Shown piece after piece: positions 59,509-64,000 of a stretch of 64,000 nucleotides of DNA. Within the stretch, counting starts at the first letter, position 1, and the number at the start of each line of letters is the position of its first letter. The notes under the pieces were generated by a model. That model was not told the DNA's origin, made no database searches, and saw only the letters and a list, made by a program, of their open reading frames with translations. The DNA comes from Thermoanaerobaculia bacterium (lineage in GTDB: Bacteria; Acidobacteriota; Thermoanaerobaculia; Multivoradales; Multivoraceae): assembly GCA_963664405.1 (NCBI GenBank), contig OY761158.1, forward strand, positions 1,728,001-1,792,000, written 5' to 3'. A program made the translations under genes and the position numbers.

Positions 59509-59767
59509 CTAGGAGCGTGTCCGAGAATTCGGACAGGCGAGTAGTTCTTAGGGGGGGATGGGCCGGAGAACGGGCCGCAGGTCCGTTTTCCGGGGCTAGG
59601 GTTCGGCTGCGATCGATCAAACTGCAGTCGCTGAGTCGGACCGGTCTCGAGGCCAGATGCCGACCTGAGATCGCCGCATCGTATTGGCCCAGACCTCTGC
59701 TACGCTCTAGCCTTCCGAAGAACAACCGGGGCAGCCTCGAGCTGCCGCAGAGGAGAGACTTCTTGCG

Positions 59768-60413
59768 ATGTCGATAAGCGCCGCGCTGATCATTCTTGCA
59801 ATTGGCGGGGTGATGGTTGCCTTCATTGCCGCGGAGTACTTGAGCCGACGCCCCAAGAAAGCGGCAAGACCCGACTGCGACTTCGAGACCGCGTGCGATC
59901 ACTATCTGGGCAGCCCAGACCTTTGGTCCGAGCGAGACAGGGCTGCGATCAAGAGCGTAGCCTCGGATCTCGCAGGCGCGAAACGGGACTTGGTCGAGAG
60001 TCTGACAGCGACGATAGAGAAGAGCCTCGACTCGCCGCAGCCGATACCGGTGCTACGGGAGGCGATCATGGACGCTACCGACCGCTTTTTCATGGCCGAG
60101 ACCTTGTACCAACCTGTCGAAGGCGCGCCAACCGGACCAAGCCTGGCGGGGGGTTCTAGTTCGCTCGCTCGGAGGCTACGGGGACGTCATGCAGAGCGAA
60201 GAGAAGCTCCTCGAAGTCGCCAAGGCGGCCCATCAGGGCTGGCAGCAACACCAGGGAGACAGTCGACTCAACGCGGCACTCACTGCCGCCTGCGGGCTCG
60301 CCTTCGACGAAGCTGCGACCAGGACCGCGGGCGGAGCCGAGGGCCTCGCCGCCGGGATGCTGGAAGACGCCTCCGCTCTGGTCGGATCGATCCAGCAGGC
60401 CACCCGCGACTGA
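59768..60413 (+). CDS. Membrane-anchored hypothetical protein, probable +1 frameshift in the G6 run 60148-60153
   Basis: N-terminal TM; ORF 59768 turns low-complexity after the G run, while ORF 60189..60413 continues as a plausible helical sequence. Confidence 0.5.
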
Positions 60414-60441
60414 GACTGCGGCACCCGAGCTGCGCTCCGTC

Positions 60442-62517
60442 CTAGTGAAAGCCCTCGCCTTCGTCGGCGAGTCGCTGCAGCAGCGGCGAGATCTGCCAAT
60501 GATCTCCACCCAGCGTCTCGCTGTAGTGGTTGATCTTCTCGGCAACGTTATCGAGTCCCTGCCGCCCGGCCCAGAACATCGGACCCCCCCGGTACACCGG
60601 CCATCCATAACCGTTCACCCAGACCACATCGATATCGCTGGCGCGAATGGCCATGCCTTCTTCGAGAATCTTGGCGCCCTCGTTGATCATCGGGTAGAGA
60701 CAGCGTTCCAGGATCTCCTGATCGCTCACTTCGCGTTGGGCTATCCCCTGCTTGTCGGCGAACTCGCGAATGATCTCCTCCACTTCCGGATCCGGCGAGG
60801 AGGCGCGAGTCTCGGCATTGTAAACATAGAAACCGGCGCCGCTCTTCTGACCTAGACGGCCCCGCTCGCAGAGTACCTCTCGTACTGTCGACGAGGTCGA
60901 TGTTTCCTTCTTCCAACCGATATCGAGGCCGGCGAGATCGCCCATCGCAAACGGACCCATGGGAAACCCGAAGTCGTAGAGGACCTGATCGACCTGCCAG
61001 GGCGTTGCGCCCTCGAAGATGATCTTGTTGGCCTCGATGCCGCGCTTCGCAAGAATGCGGTTGCCGACGAAGCCTGGGCAGACACCGACCAGGGCAGGGA
61101 TCTTGTTGATCCTCTTGGCGAGAGCCATCGAAGTGGCAATCACCTCCTTCGAGGTCTTCTCCCCTCGCACCACCTCGAGCAGCCGCATGACGTTCGCCGG
61201 GCTGAAGAAGTGAAGCCCGATCACGCTCTCCGGGCGTCGCGTCTCGGCGGCGATCTGGTTCACATCGAGCCCGGAGGTGTTCGACGCCAGCACCGCACCC
61301 TCCTTGCAGATGCCGTCGAGCTCGCGGAAGATGCTCTTCTTGAGCTCCATGTCCTCGAATACAGCTTCGATGACCATGTCCTTGTCGGCGAAGTCCGCCT
61401 TGTCGACCGAGCCTTGGATCAGCGACATGCGCCTGTCGACCTCATCCATCGTGAAACGCCCGCGGCTGGCGGAGCGCTCGTAGTTCTTGCGAATGACCGC
61501 GAAGCCGCGGTCGAGGCGATCCTGGCTAGCCTCGACAACGGTGACCGGAATTCCGACGTTGGCGAAATTCATCGAGATCCCGCCCCCCATCGTGCCGCAG
61601 CCCAAGATCCCTACCGACTCGATTGGGATCTGCGGCGTGTCGCGAGGAACATCAGGAACCTTGGCAGCTTCCCGCTCGGCGAAGAAGTAGTACCGCTGCG
61701 CCGCTGATTGGGGCCCCGTAACCAGCTCTAGAAAGAGCTCTCTCTCCCTGGCGAGACCCTCGTCGAAGGGAAGATTGACGGCTGCCTCGACGCAGCGGAC
61801 GTTGTACTCCGGAGCGAGGAATCCGCGAGTCTTGCGAGCGATCTTGCGACGGAAGTCGCTGAAGATCTCGCCCCTTGCCTTGGCCTCTTCGATCTTTTCT
61901 TCTCGGTCGCGGATTCTCTTCAGCGGCCGGCCCTCGGCCAGAAGCTCCTCGGCAAAATCGACTGCACCCTGCTTGAGGTCGCCGTCGACGATCTTGTCGA
62001 TAAGACCGTAGGACAGCGCTTGCTCGCTACCGATGGGATCTCCAATGGCACACATCTCGAGGCCCTTCTCGACCCCTACAACACGCGGTAGCCGCTGAGT
62101 TCCGCCGGCTCCGGGAAGCAGCCCGATCTTGACCTCCGGCTGTCCATATTGGGCTGACGGCGCGCCGACGCGATAGTGAGCGCACATTGCCACCTCGAGG
62201 CCCCCGCCCAGGGCGGTACCGTGAATCGCCGCCACAACAGGCTTGGAGCAGGTCTCCATCGCATCTTGGACGTCGCCGAGAGCCGCACCCTTAGCTTCCT
62301 GACCGAACTCCTTAATGTCGGCACCGGCGATAAAAGTGCGTCCGTCGCAGACCACGACTACGGCCTTGATCTGGTCGTCGAGCCCGGCCTGAGTCATGCC
62401 TTCGAGGAGGCCTGTTCGAACATGCCAGCTGAGGGCGTTGACAGGTGGATTGTCGACGACGAGAAGACCGATGTCGCCCTTCTTTTCAAGACTCACGCTT
62501 TCGCTGATCGCTACCAT
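60442..62517 (-). CDS. Enoyl-CoA hydratase / 3-hydroxyacyl-CoA dehydrogenase multifunctional enzyme
   Basis: NPPVNAL, GGGLE, PGAGGTQRLPR, GCGTMGGG, EAVFE, HFFSPA, GFVGNR. Confidence 0.93.
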   Translation of the reverse strand: MVAISESVSLEKKGDIGLLVVDNPPVNALSWHVRTGLLEGMTQAGLDDQIKAVVVVCDGRTFIAGADIKEFGQEAKGAALGDVQDAMETCSKPVVAAIHGTALGGGLEVAMCAHYRVGAPSAQYGQPEVKIGLLPGAGGTQRLPRVVGVEKGLEMCAIGDPIGSEQALSYGLIDKIVDGDLKQGAVDFAEELLAEGRPLKRIRDREEKIEEAKARGEIFSDFRRKIARKTRGFLAPEYNVRCVEAAVNLPFDEGLARERELFLELVTGPQSAAQRYYFFAEREAAKVPDVPRDTPQIPIESVGILGCGTMGGGISMNFANVGIPVTVVEASQDRLDRGFAVIRKNYERSASRGRFTMDEVDRRMSLIQGSVDKADFADKDMVIEAVFEDMELKKSIFRELDGICKEGAVLASNTSGLDVNQIAAETRRPESVIGLHFFSPANVMRLLEVVRGEKTSKEVIATSMALAKRINKIPALVGVCPGFVGNRILAKRGIEANKIIFEGATPWQVDQVLYDFGFPMGPFAMGDLAGLDIGWKKETSTSSTVREVLCERGRLGQKSGAGFYVYNAETRASSPDPEVEEIIREFADKQGIAQREVSDQEILERCLYPMINEGAKILEEGMAIRASDIDVVWVNGYGWPVYRGGPMFWAGRQGLDNVAEKINHYSETLGGDHWQISPLLQRLADEGEGFH

Positions 62518-62707
62518 GGCATCGGACTCCTATTTAGTGGCCTATGTCGTGGCCTCTTGCGCTACCATGGAGGCGGCACAAAACATTTCCTTGTGGCCTG
62601 AGCTAAGACTCGAGCACTTCGTTCTGCACGGGGGCAGGCCGCCGGGCTCGCAGGCATACCGTCCGACACCAAGTGTCGGGAGCCTCGGAGACTCGAGATT
62701 CACAGTG

Positions 62708-63088
62708 TCAAAGGCTGCGCTTGCGGCCTCGAATGCGACGGCGACTGCCCTTCGGCTTCCCCTGAGGCTTCTCGAAGGGGGGACGGGATCCGCCGCCGAA
62801 GCCTCCCCCCGATGAAGACATGGGGGCGCGCTGCGGCCGGTCGTCGGCCATATTCACTCGTAGGCTGCGGCCGCCAAGATCCGCCCCATCAAACTGAGAA
62901 GCGGCCTCGGCAGCCTCCTGCTCCGATGAGAACTCGACAAATGCGAAGCCACGAGGACGGCCGGTATTGCGATCGTTCGGGATCACAACATCGGTGATCT
63001 CACCAGCCTTGGAGAAGTGCTGCTCCAACTCGACACGGGTGGTATCGAAACTGAGGTTGCCGACAAAAACTTTCCTGGAAATAACCAA
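62708..63088 (-). CDS. RRM RNA-binding protein
   Basis: RNP2 VFVGNL, RNP1 RGFAFVEF, Gly/Arg-rich tail. Confidence 0.92.
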   Translation of the reverse strand: MVISRKVFVGNLSFDTTRVELEQHFSKAGEITDVVIPNDRNTGRPRGFAFVEFSSEQEAAEAASQFDGADLGGRSLRVNMADDRPQRAPMSSSGGGFGGGSRPPFEKPQGKPKGSRRRIRGRKRSL

Positions 63089-63143
63089 ACCTCCTTGACA
63101 TGAACGGTAAGTCTACACGGATTCGAGTCCTTCCGCACCGAGC

Positions 63144-63692
63144 CTACTTGCCCCCCAGCCAAACCACCTTGGCGCCGGCAACCGCGGCCTCCGCTCGAGC
63201 GTCGATCTGCTCATCAGTCAAGGTGCTGAGAGGGTGCTCGATTAGCACCGGAGAGAGCGAGCTCATACCCAACGCGTCTCGCTGCATCCTGGCCTCGAGC
63301 TCGAACTCGGCGGTGATCACGACAGCAGTCGCGACGCCGCGCTGTTCGAGGCCCACTGAGTCGTGCATACAGCACGACGTGCACGAACCTCAATCGCCTA
63401 TCGCGGTGATCACCAGATCGCAGTCTCGAGCGATCTCGTCCAAGAGCTGAGGGTCTGCAGCTCGCGAGAAGCTCTCCTTGGCATAGAAGCGGATCTCACC
63501 CAATCCATCCTCGGCCTCCAGTCGCGCGGCGATCCTGCGAAGGAGCTTGCCGGCGTTCCACTTGGTGTTATCAAGGACGCCCAAGCTCCGCCCCTGCAGG
63601 CGTTGCGGCCGGGGCGCTAGAGGCTGTGGCGTAGCGTCAGTGTTTCCCCGGGGGTCGAAGACTAGATCTTGGTCGGGCGGTGACTGGGTCAT
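63144..63692 (-). CDS. UGSC-family selenoprotein (182 aa; Sec at TGA 63392-63390)
   Basis: Two ORFs in the same frame joined by one TGA: ...VITAIGD-U-GSCTSCCMHD...; hairpin 3' of the UGA. Confidence 0.88.
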
Positions 63693-63705
63693 GAATTCCT
63701 CCTAG

Positions 63706-63865
63706 TGGACCGTAACACTCGAACGTTTAGTGGCTGAGTGAGTCATTCGTGGTCGAGATCAAGGCGCGCTGACGCAGGCATATCGGGGACTATGTCGAGG
63801 AAGCGTAACGCAGAGATCGGCCGCGAGGGCCGCTCAGGCGCTAAACGTTTGGGTGTTACGGTCCA
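63706..63865 (+). mobile_element. MITE-like structured element, TIR type B (160 bp), CTAG duplication
   Basis: TGGACCGTAACAC TIR; CTAG at 63702 and 63866. Confidence 0.9.
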
Positions 63866-63876
63866 CTAGTCCACTT

Positions 63877-64000
63877 TCAGGAGTTGCTCTGGAAGCTCTG
63901 GATCACAGGGGTCGACATATGGCCCCACCCCGGGATGAAGGCCGAGAAACGACCGGCAGTGCCTCCCGCGACAAAGATGTGAATGTGCGCGGGCTCCGGC
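63877..64000 (-). CDS. 3' end of a protein of the type usually encoded next to UGSC proteins (partial)
   Basis: PEPAHIHIFVAGGTAGRFSAFIPGWGHMSTPVIQSFQSNS*; family recalled from the motif. Confidence 0.6.
   Translation of the reverse strand, partial: PEPAHIHIFVAGGTAGRFSAFIPGWGHMSTPVIQSFQSNS

Noticed and set aside
62509-62570. Short direct repeat CGCTACCATGG at the start of the fatty-acid oxidation gene
   Set aside because: Only 11 bp, two copies, no further structure; may be chance.
21831-63865. Treating the CTAG-flanked hairpins as intrinsic terminators or tRNAs
   Set aside because: Too long, no U-tracts, no cloverleaf; target duplication and insertion inside genes indicate mobility.

Overview
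GC-rich (about 65% by eye) bacterial chromosomal window. Gene content (acidobacterial-type VWA protein, PDLSG-type secreted proteins, ECF42/YciI pair) suggests Acidobacteriota, possibly Thermoanaerobaculia; this is inference. The backbone is metabolic and envelope genes: arylsulfatase, a copper amine oxidase joined to a 2-oxoacid dehydrogenase E1a/E1b/E2/E3 operon, GlpQ, SppA, an Mla/MCE ABC operon, MFS/POT transporters, an M3 peptidase, a sigma54-preceded type IV minor pilin cluster (fimT-pilV-pilW-pilX-pilY1), a GMC oxidoreductase pair, an FHA-GGDEF cyclase and a fatty-acid oxidation enzyme. Main highlights: (1) Seven 159-189 bp non-coding elements that insert at and duplicate CTAG. They carry four unrelated terminal inverted repeat types but share one structured core (CAAGGCG...GGCATA-loop-TATGTC GA(G/C)G...AACG) with compensatory changes and strand-specific G-U pairing. 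Removing them in silico repairs a lipoprotein signal peptide, a kinase motif and a shared double stop codon. (2) A hidden UGSC-type selenoprotein split at an in-frame TGA, with a hairpin just downstream. (3) A stack of CTAG-bounded elements around an intact IS1182. (4) A 4 x 120-bp ABAB hairpin array inside a triplicated Gly-rich secreted-protein locus. Several single-base frameshifts may be assembly errors.
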